Below, one piece after another: positions 1-9,597 of a stretch of DNA of 64,000 bases. How positions within the stretch are numbered: the stretch's first letter is position 1; each line of letters starts with the position of its first letter. The notes below the pieces were generated by a model that was not told where the DNA came from, did not search any database, and saw nothing but the letters and a program-made list of their open reading frames with translations. The stretch lies in assembly GCA_963768205.1 (NCBI GenBank), contig CAVYHB010000003.1, positions 55,346 through 119,345 of the forward strand. The letters run 5' to 3'. The stretch comes from an uncultured Alphaproteobacteria bacterium. GTDB lineage: Bacteria; Pseudomonadota; Alphaproteobacteria; Rhodobacterales; Rhodobacteraceae. The translations under genes and the position numbers were made by a program.

Positions 1-1530
1 ATTACAACGGCGTCGTCGACAACATGCGTCTTGCCGACGGCGCGCTCTGGCCGATGCCGATCACCCTGGATGTGTCCGAGAAATTCGCCGAGACCGTCGA
101 AGTGGGCCAGGACATCGCGCTGCGCGATCAGGAAGGCGTGATCCTCGCCACGATGACGGTCACCGACAAATGGGTGCCGAACAAGGCGCACGAGGCCGAG
201 AAGGTCTTTGGCGCCGACGACATCGCGCACCCGGCCGTCAACTACCTGCACAACACCGCCGGCAAGGTCTATCTCGGCGGCCCGATCACCGGCATCCAGC
301 AGCCGGTGCATTACGATTTCCGCGCGCGCCGCGACACGCCCAACGAATTGCGCGCCTATTTCCGCAAGCTCGGCTGGCGCCGCGTCGTGGCGTTCCAGAC
401 CCGCAACCCGCTGCACCGCGCACATCAGGAACTGACCTTCCGCGCCGCGAAAGAGGCGCAGGCCAACCTGCTGATCCATCCCGTCGTCGGCATGACCAAG
501 CCCGGCGATGTCGATCACTTCACCCGCGTGCGCTGCTACGAGGCGGTGCTGGACAAGTACCCGCCCGCGACCACGACGATGAGCCTGCTGAACCTCGCCA
601 TGCGCATGGCCGGCCCGCGCGAGGCCGTCTGGCACGGCCTGATCCGCGCCAACCACGGCTGCACCCATTTCATCGTCGGTCGCGACCACGCCGGGCCCGG
701 GCAAGAATTCCAAGGGCGAGGATTTCTACGGCCCCTACGACGCGCAGGATGCTGTTCAAGCGAGTACGAGGATGAGATCGGCACTCGAAATGGTCGATTT
801 CAAACACATGGTCTATGTGCAGGAACGCGCGCAGTACTACCCGGTCAACGAAGTGCCCGAGGGCGACACGGTGCTGGACATCTCCGGCACCGAACTGCGC
901 CGCCGCCTGGCCGAAGGCCTGGAGATCCCCGAGTGGTTCTCCTTCCCCGAAGTCGTCACCGAACTGCGCCGCACCCGCCCGCCGCGGGCCAAGCAGGGCT
1001 TCACCGTGTTCTTCACCGGCTTTTCCGGCTCGGGCAAATCCACCATCGCCAACGCGCTGATGGTCAAGCTGATGGAAATGGGCGGTCGTCCGGTGACGCT
1101 GCTGGACGGCGATATCGTGCGCAAGAACCTCTCCTCCGAGCTTGGGTTCAGCAAGGAACACCGCGACCTCAACATCCGCCGCATCGGCTATGTCGCCAGC
1201 GAGATCACCAAGAACGGCGGCATCGCAATCTGTGCGCCCATCGCGCCTTACGCCACCACCCGCCGCGCCGTGCGCGAGGATGTGGAAAGCTTCGGCGCCT
1301 TCATCGAGGTTCATGTCGCAACCACCATCGAGGAATGCGAACGCCGTGACCGCAAGGGTCTCTACAAGCTGGCGCGCGAGGGCAAGATCAAGGAATTCAC
1401 CGGCATCTCCGACCCCTATGACGTGCCCGAGAACCCCGAACTGCGGGTCGAGACAGAGGGCACGGATGTAGACAACTGCGCCCACCAGGTGATCCTGAAG
1501 CTGGAAAGCATGGGTCTGATCGCCGCTTGA
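1..1530 (+). pseudogene. sat: Bifunctional sulfate adenylyltransferase / adenylylsulfate kinase (ATP sulfurylase + APS kinase fusion). The 5' end lies outside the window and the frame is broken about 4 times between ~695 and ~790.
   Basis: The frame of ORF 24..1349 carries QTRNPLHRAHQELT, HPVVGMTKPGDVD and GRDHAGPG (ATP sulfurylase) and stays open back to nt 1. ORF 772..1530 carries the P-loop GFSGSGKSTIANAL and KGLYKLAREGKIKEFTGISDPYDVP (APS kinase). The conserved string GPG/KNSKGEDFYGPYDAQD/MLFK/EYEDEIG/LEMVDFKHM is spread over all three frames. Confidence 0.9.
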
Positions 1531-1566
1531 TCGGCCCTTGCACAGCCTGCGCTTGGGGGCGAAACG

Positions 1567-2403
1567 GTGCTCATGCGTGTCATCTCTCTTACTTCGATAC
1601 CGCCGCGATTCGACCAAATCGGGCCGACCCTTGCGTCGCTGACCCGGCAGCGCCAACCTGCCGACAAGGTCCTGCTGTACATTCCGCGCACCTACCGCCG
1701 GTTTCCCGACTACGACGGGCATCTGCCGGAGGTGCCGGACAGCGTCGAGATTCGCAGGCCCGAGCTGGATTTCGGGCCGGCCAGCAAGGTGCTGCACGCG
1801 TTACGCGATTTCCGGGGCCAGGATGTCGACATCCTGTTCTGCGACGACGACAGGTATTACCGCCCCGACTGGTCCTCGGTCTTCTTCGGGGCCCGACGCC
1901 AGCATCCCGACGCCGCGATTGCGCCGATATCCTTTGACGCATCCGTGCTTTTCGAAAGTGAACAAAAAGATCGGCCACAACCCCGTGCCCGACAACGCAA
2001 GCGTTCGACCGATATCCTGTACCAGATCGAGATGCTGATCTGGCGGCTGCGCGGATTGGGCAGCAGGAAGGTCGAGCCGCCATCGCACAAGTTCATCAAG
2101 CGCCCCGGCTATCGCGATATCTTCCAGGGCTACGGCGGCGTTCTGGTCAAGCCGCATTTCTTCGACGACGACGTGTTCGACATTCCGCCCGTGCTGTGGG
2201 CAGTCGACGATATCTGGCTGTCGGGGATGCTGGCCAAGGCGGGCACGCCGATCTGGGCGCCGGCCAACATCCGCGGGCCGCGCACCCTGAACACCACGCT
2301 CACCGATCCGCTCTGGCAGGCGGTGATCGACGGGGCCGATCGCAAGTCCGCAAACTGGCAGTGCTTTTGCCACATGCGCGATACCTACGGCATCTGGCCT
2401 TGA
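1567..2403 (+). CDS. Putative GT-A-type glycosyltransferase-like protein (paralog 1); family not securely recognised.
   Basis: Intact 278-aa ORF. It carries ISLTSIPPRF, an acidic DxD-like FCDDD motif and VDDIWLSGML. It is about 45-50% identical by eye to the next ORF. Confidence 0.45.
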   Translation: MLMRVISLTSIPPRFDQIGPTLASLTRQRQPADKVLLYIPRTYRRFPDYDGHLPEVPDSVEIRRPELDFGPASKVLHALRDFRGQDVDILFCDDDRYYRPDWSSVFFGARRQHPDAAIAPISFDASVLFESEQKDRPQPRARQRKRSTDILYQIEMLIWRLRGLGSRKVEPPSHKFIKRPGYRDIFQGYGGVLVKPHFFDDDVFDIPPVLWAVDDIWLSGMLAKAGTPIWAPANIRGPRTLNTTLTDPLWQAVIDGADRKSANWQCFCHMRDTYGIWP

Positions 2404-2470
2404 GTTGGCCGGTTGACGCCCCCGCCCCGCGGCGTCATCAACCGCCCGACCGCAATGCCACGGGCGCCCC

Positions 2471-3304
2471 ATGCTGATCCTGACGCTTTCGACCATTCCG
2501 CCACGCTTCGGCGACCTTTACGGCGCGCTGGAACGGCTGAAACGGCAAACCGTGCAGCCCGACCGCATCATCGTCTACGTCCCGCGCCGATACCGGCGCT
2601 TTCCCGACTACGCCGGCGACCTGCCGCGTGTCCCCGAAGGCGTCGAAATCCGCCAACCGGACCACGACTATGGTCCCGCCAGCAAGATCCTGCACGCCGC
2701 CGAAGAGTTCTGCGGCCAGGACGTCGACCTGCTGTTCTGTGACGACGACGTCGTCTATCCGCCGACCTGGATCGAGGCCTTCCGGCGCGAACGTCGACGG
2801 CAGCCGGACGCGGCGATCGCCGTGCTGGGGTTCGAGGCCACCCGACTGGGCGAGGCGACGATGCAGCGTAAGCACCAACCGCGGGCGGCAAACCACTGGC
2901 GCATCACCGACGTGGAATTCCAGGTCAGGGCGTTGTGGTACGATTTCCGCACCAGGTATTTTTCCCGCCCGGCCCTGCGCCCGGCCCGCCGAATGTTCCT
3001 GCGATCTGGCTACCGCGACATATTCGAGGGCGTCGGCGGCGTCCTGGTCAAGCCCGACCATTTCGACGACACGGCCCACGACATTCCCGATGTGATGTGG
3101 ACCGTCGACGATGTCTGGCTGTCGGGGATGCTGGCGCGCCGCGATATCCCGATCTGGGTCATGGCGCATCGCTACACGCAAGTGCCGGTCAAGACGGCAG
3201 GCATCTCCGCCCTGGCCGAAAGCGTCATCGACGGGGCCGGTCGCCATGACGCCAACAAGATCTGTTTCGATTACCTGCGGCAGAAGTACGGCATCTGGCA
3301 CTGA
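2471..3304 (+). CDS. Putative GT-A-type glycosyltransferase-like protein (paralog 2).
   Basis: Intact 277-aa ORF, colinear with 1567..2403. Shared strings include TIPPRF, RRFPDY, GPASK(I/V)LHA, GQDVD(L/I)LFCDDD, GYRDIF(E/Q)G.GGVLVKP, VDD(V/I)WLSGMLA and YGIW. Confidence 0.45.
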   Translation: MLILTLSTIPPRFGDLYGALERLKRQTVQPDRIIVYVPRRYRRFPDYAGDLPRVPEGVEIRQPDHDYGPASKILHAAEEFCGQDVDLLFCDDDVVYPPTWIEAFRRERRRQPDAAIAVLGFEATRLGEATMQRKHQPRAANHWRITDVEFQVRALWYDFRTRYFSRPALRPARRMFLRSGYRDIFEGVGGVLVKPDHFDDTAHDIPDVMWTVDDVWLSGMLARRDIPIWVMAHRYTQVPVKTAGISALAESVIDGAGRHDANKICFDYLRQKYGIWH

Positions 3305-3343
3305 TCCAAGTGCCCCGTTTGACCGCCAAGTAAGGAAAGGACG

Positions 3344-3754
3344 TTGTCCGAAACCAAAGGAATGAACCACCTTGGACTGACAGTCCGCGATCTTAATCTG
3401 ACCACGGCATTCTTTGTCGAGGTGCTAGGGTGGACCGAAACCGCCCGTGATAGGGATTACATAGGGATTACGCGCGCAGCACCGTCACCGACGGCCAGAT
3501 TCGCCTTACTCTTTGGCAGATCAAGTCGGACAACCCGGTCGCCTTTGACCGCAAGACCAATATCGGGCTACATTATGTCGCCTTGAACGTTCCCACCGAA
3601 GGCAATCATGAACGGTTGGCGAGGCTAAACCGCAAATGGCCCGGCGTGAGTGTCGAATTCATGCCGGAAGTGATGGGCTTGGGGCCACGCAAGCACATGA
3701 TGATCGCCGAACCCGGCGGCATCCGAGTTCGAGCTCTTTTGGAATGGCGCCTGA
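3344..3754 (+). pseudogene. VOC / glyoxalase-family protein, disrupted by an 11-bp tandem duplication plus one further indel near 3728.
   Basis: The N-terminus reads MNHLGLTVRDLNLTTAFFVEVLGW. After the duplication the protein continues in another frame as TVTDGQIRLTLWQIKSDNPVAFDRKTNIGLHYVALNVPTEGNHERL...MMIAEPGGIRV. The likely C-terminus ELFWNGA-stop (TGA 3752-3754) lies in the third frame. Confidence 0.7.
3451..3472. repeat. 11-bp tandem duplication inside the VOC gene.
   Basis: The sequence reads tagggattaca (3451-3461) followed by tagggattacg (3462-3472). Removing one unit restores ...ARDRDYARSTVTDGQIRL... Confidence 0.85.
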
Positions 3755-3762
3755 CCCAGGGC

Positions 3763-4644
3763 CTAGATGTTCAGATACCCGCGCATCAGGACATAGCCCT
3801 GCCCGCCAACCTTGACCCCGCTGATATTATCGCGCGGACCCAGAACCTCGACCTGCGCCTGACCCGGACGGCCCAGCCAGTGACCCTGTTCGGCGACGAA
3901 ACGCGGCGTGTCGAGATAACCCTCGGCCCAGAGATAGGCCGCCATCTCGCCGGTGGCGGACCCGGTGAACGGGTCTTCGGGCGGCATCGGCGGCGGCAGC
4001 AGCAGGCGCGCGAAGGTATCGCCGCCTTCGCTGACGCCTTCAAGCGTTACCCAGAACGGCTCTGTCACAGCGCCGCCCGAAAGACCGGCGGCCTCGTGAA
4101 ACCGCTCCAGCGCAGCCAGATCCAGCTGCGCGCGGCGCAGGGTGTCATGGTCCTTCAGGACAGTGATGCAGTGGCTGGCCCCGGTCGACACGATACGCGG
4201 CTCACCGACCACATCCTCTGCCGTCAGCCCCGCCACGGCGGCCACGATCCCGGCATCGACCCGCTTGCCGAAGACGGGGCGTTTCTGCATCATCGTGATC
4301 ATCGGCGCGGATGCGTCGCCGTCGATCTTGACCGGGATCACCCCGGCGCCGGTCTCCAGCCTGACGGATCCGCCTTTGATGCGCCCCCGGTCGAGCATCG
4401 AGGCGACCGTGGCGATTGTCGGATGCCCGGCAAACGGCAGTTCGCGTCCGGCGAGGTAGTAACGCACATGGACGTCAGCGCGGGCTGACGGCCCGAGGAA
4501 GGTGCATTCCGACAAACCGGTCTCGCGCACGATCGTCATGCACAACTCGGCATCGAGATCGGCGGCGTCGTAAATCACCGCGCAGCCATTGCCGCCGAAG
4601 GCGCGCGCCGTGAAGGCGTCGACCCAGTCGAATTCCAGCGGCAT
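3763..4644 (-). CDS. PhzF-family isomerase (phenazine biosynthesis-like protein).
   Basis: Intact 293-aa ORF. It carries VDAFT...GN.CAV, the catalytic context SECTFL, and GHPT and STG motifs typical of PhzF/YddE. Confidence 0.85.
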   Translation of the reverse strand: MPLEFDWVDAFTARAFGGNGCAVIYDAADLDAELCMTIVRETGLSECTFLGPSARADVHVRYYLAGRELPFAGHPTIATVASMLDRGRIKGGSVRLETGAGVIPVKIDGDASAPMITMMQKRPVFGKRVDAGIVAAVAGLTAEDVVGEPRIVSTGASHCITVLKDHDTLRRAQLDLAALERFHEAAGLSGGAVTEPFWVTLEGVSEGGDTFARLLLPPPMPPEDPFTGSATGEMAAYLWAEGYLDTPRFVAEQGHWLGRPGQAQVEVLGPRDNISGVKVGGQGYVLMRGYLNI

Positions 4645-4874
4645 CAGTGGACGTTGACGGGGGATAGGTCGTTCTGACGTGCCAGTACGAATGCCATCTT
4701 GCGGTCGCGCACCAGCGCCAACCGCTCTCCGGCGGCGTTGTGCACCGCGAACAGGGTCTCGACGCCCGCAGCCTGCTCCTGCACTTCGCTGGGCAGGTCG
4801 GCGACCAGGACCGGGCGGATATAGACGATGTTGCCTTGGTCCGCGGCCCCGAAATCATAAGGATGGTTCATCAC
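4644..4874 (-). CDS. DUF1150-family small protein.
   Basis: 76-aa ORF reading IVYIRPV...LFAVHNAAGERLALVRDRKMAFVLARQNDLSPVNVH. It has the usual position directly downstream of an alphaproteobacterial Hsp20 gene. Confidence 0.75.
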   Translation of the reverse strand: MMNHPYDFGAADQGNIVYIRPVLVADLPSEVQEQAAGVETLFAVHNAAGERLALVRDRKMAFVLARQNDLSPVNVH

Positions 4875-4888
4875 ATTGCTCCTTCCGG

Positions 4889-5302
4889 CTAGCCGCGATT
4901 GATCTTGATCGTCTGAACAACGCGCTCGGGCTCGGCCTTGTTCAGATCGACGTGCAGAAGCCCGTTTTCCAGTGCCGCCCCGGCGACATCCACGCCTTCG
5001 GCCAACACGAAACTGCGCTGGAACTGGCGTGCCGCGATGCCGCGATGCAGAAACACCCGGTCGTCGTCCTCCTCGGACTGGCGCCCGCGGATCATCAGCT
5101 GCCGTTCTTCCACGGTGATCGACACGTCATCTTCACTGAACCCGGCCAGCGCCAGGGTGATCCGGTAGGAATTCTCGCTGGTCTGCTCGATATTGAACGG
5201 CGGGTAGCCGTTGTTCTCGGATTTCGCGGTGCGCTCCATCAGCCGTTCCAGCTGTTCAAACCCCAGCAGATAGGGATGCGCGCCCAATGTCATCTTCGTC
5301 AT
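4889..5302 (-). CDS. Hsp20 / alpha-crystallin family small heat-shock protein.
   Basis: The internal start MTKMTLGAHPY of ORF 4889..5779 gives 137 aa. The protein carries YPPFNIEQTSENSYRITLALAGFSEDDVSITVEERQLMIRG and AALENGLLHVDL. Confidence 0.9.
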   Translation of the reverse strand: MTKMTLGAHPYLLGFEQLERLMERTAKSENNGYPPFNIEQTSENSYRITLALAGFSEDDVSITVEERQLMIRGRQSEEDDDRVFLHRGIAARQFQRSFVLAEGVDVAGAALENGLLHVDLNKAEPERVVQTIKINRG

Positions 5303-5368
5303 CTTGTCCCGTCCTTTTCGTAAAGCGACAGTGCGTTTCCGGCCCCGTTCCGGCGACCGACATGCAAA

Positions 5369-5397
5369 ATATGGGTTCGGCGGCGCGGCTCTGCAAG
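5369..5397 (-). promoter_or_regulatory. RpoH (sigma-32)-type promoter candidate for the hsp20-DUF1150 unit.
   Basis: The minus strand reads CTTGCAG-N15-CCCATAT about 70 nt upstream of the hsp20 ATG. This resembles the sigma-32 consensus CTTGAAA-N13-15-CCCCATNT. Confidence 0.45.
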
Positions 5398-5486
5398 GGC
5401 ACGCGGCGTCGCATTTTCCTTGATCGAAAGCGTATTCGGGGTAGCCTCGGGTATCCGTTTGCCGAAAATCACTCAAGGAGCAGTGG

Positions 5487-5705
5487 ATGAACGCATCGCG
5501 CGAAATGGAGGAGAACGAGGTGCTGAAGGTCGAGCTCGAGGTGCTGCGCCGCGAACACCGCGATCTCGACGAGGCCATCGACGCCCTGCAGGACAGCCAG
5601 CGCGCCGACCAGCTGCGCTTGCGGCGGCTGAAAAAGCAGAAACTGTATCTGAAGGACAAGATCGCCCAGATCGAGGACAAGCTGACGCCCGACATCATTG
5701 CATGA
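5487..5705 (+). CDS. DUF465 (YdcH-like) family protein.
   Basis: 72-aa ORF reading LRREHRDLDEAIDAL...LRRLKKQKLYLKDKIAQIE, the family signature. Confidence 0.85.
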   Translation: MNASREMEENEVLKVELEVLRREHRDLDEAIDALQDSQRADQLRLRRLKKQKLYLKDKIAQIEDKLTPDIIA

Positions 5706-5753
5706 GCCAATGGGCTGGCTATAGTGCCCGCTCTGTCAGGTAAGGGGCGCTTC

Positions 5754-6233
5754 GTGACCGTCAAAGCAGGCATCATCATGGGCAGTCAGTCCGACTGGCC
5801 CACCATGCGTCAGGCCGCCGAGGTGCTCGACGAACTGGGCGTTGCGCACGAGGTCCGCATCGTGTCGGCCCATCGCACGCCCGACCGGCTTTGGGACTAT
5901 GGCAAGGGCGCCGTAGGCCGCGGTCTTCAGGTCATCATCGCCGGCGCCGGCGGAGCCGCGCACCTGCCCGGCATGGTCGCCTCGAAGACCCGCTTGCCGG
6001 TGATCGGCGTTCCGGTCCAGACCAAGGCGCTTTCCGGCGTCGACAGCCTTTATTCCATCGTGCAGATGCCGCGCGGCTATCCGGTCGCCACCATGGCCAT
6101 CGGTGGCGCAGCCAATGCCGGGCTGATGGCGGCCGCGATCCTCGCGCTGCAGGATGCGGACCTCGCGCAGCGTCTCGACGACTGGCGCGCCGCGCTTTCA
6201 GCCTCGATCCCCGACACGCCCGTCGATGACTGA
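5754..6233 (+). CDS. purE: 5-(carboxyamino)imidazole ribonucleotide mutase.
   Basis: The protein carries [32 protein letters not shown] and PVIGVP. I prefer the GTG at 5754 because an AGGGG RBS lies 6 nt upstream; the ORF track starts at GTG 5724. Confidence 0.95.
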   Translation: MTVKAGIIMGSQSDWPTMRQAAEVLDELGVAHEVRIVSAHRTPDRLWDYGKGAVGRGLQVIIAGAGGAAHLPGMVASKTRLPVIGVPVQTKALSGVDSLYSIVQMPRGYPVATMAIGGAANAGLMAAAILALQDADLAQRLDDWRAALSASIPDTPVDD

Positions 6234-7303
6234 GCCGCTTCCGCAAGGCGCCGCGATCGGCATCCTCGGCGGCGGCCAGCTTGGCCGGATGCTGTCGGTC
6301 GCCGCCGCCCGCCTTGGCTACCTGACCCACATCTACGAACCCGGCGCCAACCCGCCCGCGGGCCACGTCGCCGCATCGCGTGACCACCGCGGACTACGAC
6401 GACCGCGACGCGCTCACGGCGTTTGCCGCCAGTGTCGATGTCATCACCTACGAGTTCGAGAACATCCCGACCGAGGCGCTCGACCTGCTGGAATCGCACC
6501 GTCCGATCCACCCCAACCGCCGCGCCCTGGCGATCAGCCAGGACCGGCTGTCCGAGAAGGAATTCCTGCGCGGTCTCGGCCTTGCCACCGCCCCTTTCGC
6601 CGCCATCGACGGGCCGGACGATCTGACGACTGCGTTGGCGGTTACCGGCGCCTCGGCGATCCTGAAAACCCGTCGCTTCGGCTACGACGGCAAGGGCCAG
6701 GTCCGCGTCACCGACGCCAGTCGGCCACTGATGCCCTTGCCGCGTTGCAAGGCGCGCCCGCCATCGTCGAGGGCTTCGTCGATTTCAGCCACGAGATCTC
6801 GGTCATCGCCGCGCGCGGGCAGGACGGCTCGGTCGCCTGCTTCGACCCCGGCGAGAACGTCCACCAGGACGGCATCCTGCGCACCACCACCGTCCCGGCC
6901 CCGGCGCAGAACCGGCGCGATACCGACGCGGTCCTGATCGCCGCCAACATCCTGAACGCGCTCGACTATGTCGGCGTGCTCGGGGTCGAGCTCTTCGTCA
7001 CCGCGCGAGGGCCTGATCGTCAACGAAATCGCCCCGCGCGTGCACAATTCCGGCCACTGGACCCAGAACGGCTGCGCCAGTCGACCAGTTCGAACAGCAC
7101 ATCCGCGCCATCACCGGCTGGCCGCTTGGCGACGGCACGCGCCATTCCGACGTAACGATGGAGAACCTGATCGGCGACGACATCGCCGGCCTGCCCGAGT
7201 TGGCGACGGACCCGTCCGCGCGATCCACCTCTACGGCAAGGCCGAGGCGCGGCCGGGCCGCAAGATGGGCCACGTCAACCGCATCACCAACCTGAAATCG
7301 TAA
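6226..7303 (+). pseudogene. purK: 5-(carboxyamino)imidazole ribonucleotide synthase (N5-CAIR synthetase); frame broken about 5 times.
   Basis: ATG 6226 overlaps the purE stop. Conserved blocks are spread over three frames: IGILGGGQLGRML; VTTADYDD...DVITYEFENIP; ILKTRRFGYDGKGQ; IVEGFVDFSHEISVIAARG; LIVNEIAPRVHNSGHWT; FEQHIRAI; and HLYGKAEARPGRKMGHV. Breaks lie near 6370, 6725, 7010, 7080 and 7210. Confidence 0.9.
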
Positions 7304-7360
7304 GCCAGATCTTCATCTTTGGTTTTCAAGAATTCCCGCCGGAGGCTCCGCCGCCTGCAA

Positions 7361-8141
7361 TCAGCGCGCCAGCAAGGCTCCGACGTCCAACAGGAAAGAA
7401 CGATCCTCGCCGCGCCGCCCGGCCGCCCGGTCCAGCGCGTTCGACAGGGTCAGCGAGGCATCGAAACGTCCGGTTTCCAGGAACTCCAGAACCTGCCCGA
7501 TCACGATCGGGTTCATCATCATGAAAGTATGCGTCACCGGCAGCGTCAGGTGCGCGTCCATCCCTTCGAGCCTTGGTCGAGGCGACCGACACCTTGCCGT
7601 CGTCGACCCCCTCGATCAGCGACGAATAGACCGGGTTCAGCGACTGCGATCCGGCGATGATCCCCAGTTCGAACCGCGCCTGCCCCAGCGCAAGCGGCAC
7701 CGATCCCGCATCGGTCCCAAGCTCCAGTCCGGCGGGCCCGTTGATCCATTCGAACGGCGCCAGATCGCCCAGCGCGTCGACCAGTTCCGACCCCTTGTTC
7801 GGCGGCCCCATCATCACCACGCGCCCCATCTTCGCGGGGCGGTTGCCGTCGAGCCACAGCCGGACGAGGATGCCGCCCATCGAATGCGTCACGAAATGCA
7901 CCGGCTCGGCCTTGCCACAGGCGCGCACTGCGGGCGACACCGCGATATCCACCAGTTGCTCGATCGGCATCTCTGTGGACGGATAGTCCTGGTTCACGAC
8001 GCGGTATCCGGCCCGTTCCAGCACCCCGGCCATCACCGCCATCGAACTGGAAGTGCGCGCCAGCCCGTGCAGCAGCACGACGCAATCGGCCGCCGCGACG
8101 GCGGGCATCAGAAAGGCGCAAAGGGCAAGTACGTACCGCAT
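7361..8141 (-). pseudogene. Secreted alpha/beta-hydrolase (lipase/esterase-like); one frameshift near 7560.
   Basis: It begins with the signal-like [18 protein letters not shown], followed by VVLLHGL and the nucleophile elbow HSMGG. The C-terminus [33 protein letters not shown] lies in ORF 7361..7561. Confidence 0.8.
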
Positions 8142-8219
8142 GGCCCTCACATAGTCGCTTCCCGGTGCCGCGACGAGGCCCCTCTTGCGGCACGTCGCGT
8201 CACGGGTCAAGCTTCGTCC

Positions 8220-8669
8220 ATGTCCCGCCCCGTTCGCCTTGCCGTGCGCGCCCTGATCCTGCACGAAAACCGCCTGCTGTTGGTCAACGCCTGGCCCGAT
8301 GGCCAAAGCGACCTGTGGTGCGCCCCCGGCGGCGGGGTCGAGCCGAACCGGTCGCTGCCCGACAACCTGATCCGCGAGGTGCACGAGGAGACCGGCCTGA
8401 CCATCGCCGTCGGCACCCCGGCCCTGGTCAACGAATTCCACGATCCGGATCGCCCGTTCCACCAGGTCGACATCTACTTCCGCTGCACCATCGCCGCGGG
8501 CGTGCTTTCCGACGACTGGACCGACCCCGAGGCGATCGTCACCCAGCGCCATTTCTTCGCCCGCGACGAACTCACCTCGATCCGTTACAAGCCCGACAGC
8601 CTGCCGCAGGCCGCCTGGGCCGATCCCGCCACGATCACCTACGACCCGATCGAACTTCTGGTGCGTTGA
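8220..8669 (+). CDS. NUDIX hydrolase.
   Basis: The internal ATG 8220 of ORF 7521..8669 gives 149 aa. It carries the Nudix box [24 protein letters not shown]. Confidence 0.85.
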   Translation: MSRPVRLAVRALILHENRLLLVNAWPDGQSDLWCAPGGGVEPNRSLPDNLIREVHEETGLTIAVGTPALVNEFHDPDRPFHQVDIYFRCTIAAGVLSDDWTDPEAIVTQRHFFARDELTSIRYKPDSLPQAAWADPATITYDPIELLVR

Positions 8670-8719
8670 CCGGGGTCCCGTCGATCACGGAATGCCGGGC
8701 CGGCTGGCCCGTTCAGCGC

Positions 8720-9566
8720 TCACCGTCCCTGCGCCAGGACCGATATCGCAACCCCGCCCAGGACCAGGGCGCTTGCGACGACGAATTTCAGCGTCACCGC
8801 CTCGCCCAGGAACGCAACGCCCCCCGCCAGAGCGATCACCGGCACCGACAATTGCGCCACCGCCGCGACCGAGGCCGCCAGCTGCGGCAGCACACGGTAC
8901 CAAAGCGCGTATCCCATGGCCGAGGTCAGCACCCCCGAGATCACCGCCAGCAATACGCCCTCCGGTGTCGCCGGAACCGCATCAGGCTGGACCGGTATCG
9001 CCAGCAAATCGCCAGCACAAGGGTGCCGCCAGCACGAAGTTCGCCGCCGTCGATCGCAGCGGCTCGCCCGAAAGCCGCCCGGTCAGCGAATAGATGCCCC
9101 AACCCAGCCCCGCCGCCACCATGGCGAGTCCGTATGGCACCGACCCCGAGGCCCCGCTGCCCGGCCACAACAGCCAGGTCAGCCCGGCAAAGGCCAATGC
9201 CGCCCCCAGCCAGCGCCGCGCCGGAATTGGTTCGCGCGCCACCAGCGCGCCGCCGAACATCGTCACTTGCACCGTTCCGAACAGGATCAGTGCGCCGACC
9301 CCGGCGTCGAGCGCGATGTAGGCGGTCGAGAAGGCCACCATGTAGAGGCCCAGGGACAGCACGCCCGTAAGCCGGTACGGCCCGCCAACTCCAAGCCGCT
9401 TGTCGCGCCACAGCACCAGCAAGGCCAGCGCCAGGGCGCCAGAGGCCACCCGGATCGTCGCGTAGGCCAGTGGCTCGATCTGGGCCTCGGTCAGCGCCGC
9501 GCGGTTCAGCACCGAATTGGCGGCAAAGGCCACCATGACCAGCGCCGTCAGCACGAACAGCCTCAT
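8720..9566 (-). pseudogene. EamA/DMT-family transporter; one frameshift near 9000.
   Basis: ORFs 8982..9689 (from MRLFVLTALVMVAFAANSVLNR) and 8720..9007 (AMGYALWYRVLPQL...ALVLGGVAI) together give about 10 hydrophobic segments typical of EamA repeats. Confidence 0.8.
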
Positions 9567-9597
9567 GCCGCGTCCGGTCCGACGCTGGCGTCGCTCG

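Noticed and set aside
695-790. I considered programmed ribosomal frameshifting or another recoding mechanism to explain the frame changes, here and in prs, rpsD and the other broken genes.
   Set aside because: Four frame changes within 90 bp, and dozens across unrelated genes, have no shared slippery heptamer or downstream structure. This does not fit any known recoding mechanism. Random small indels explain them better.
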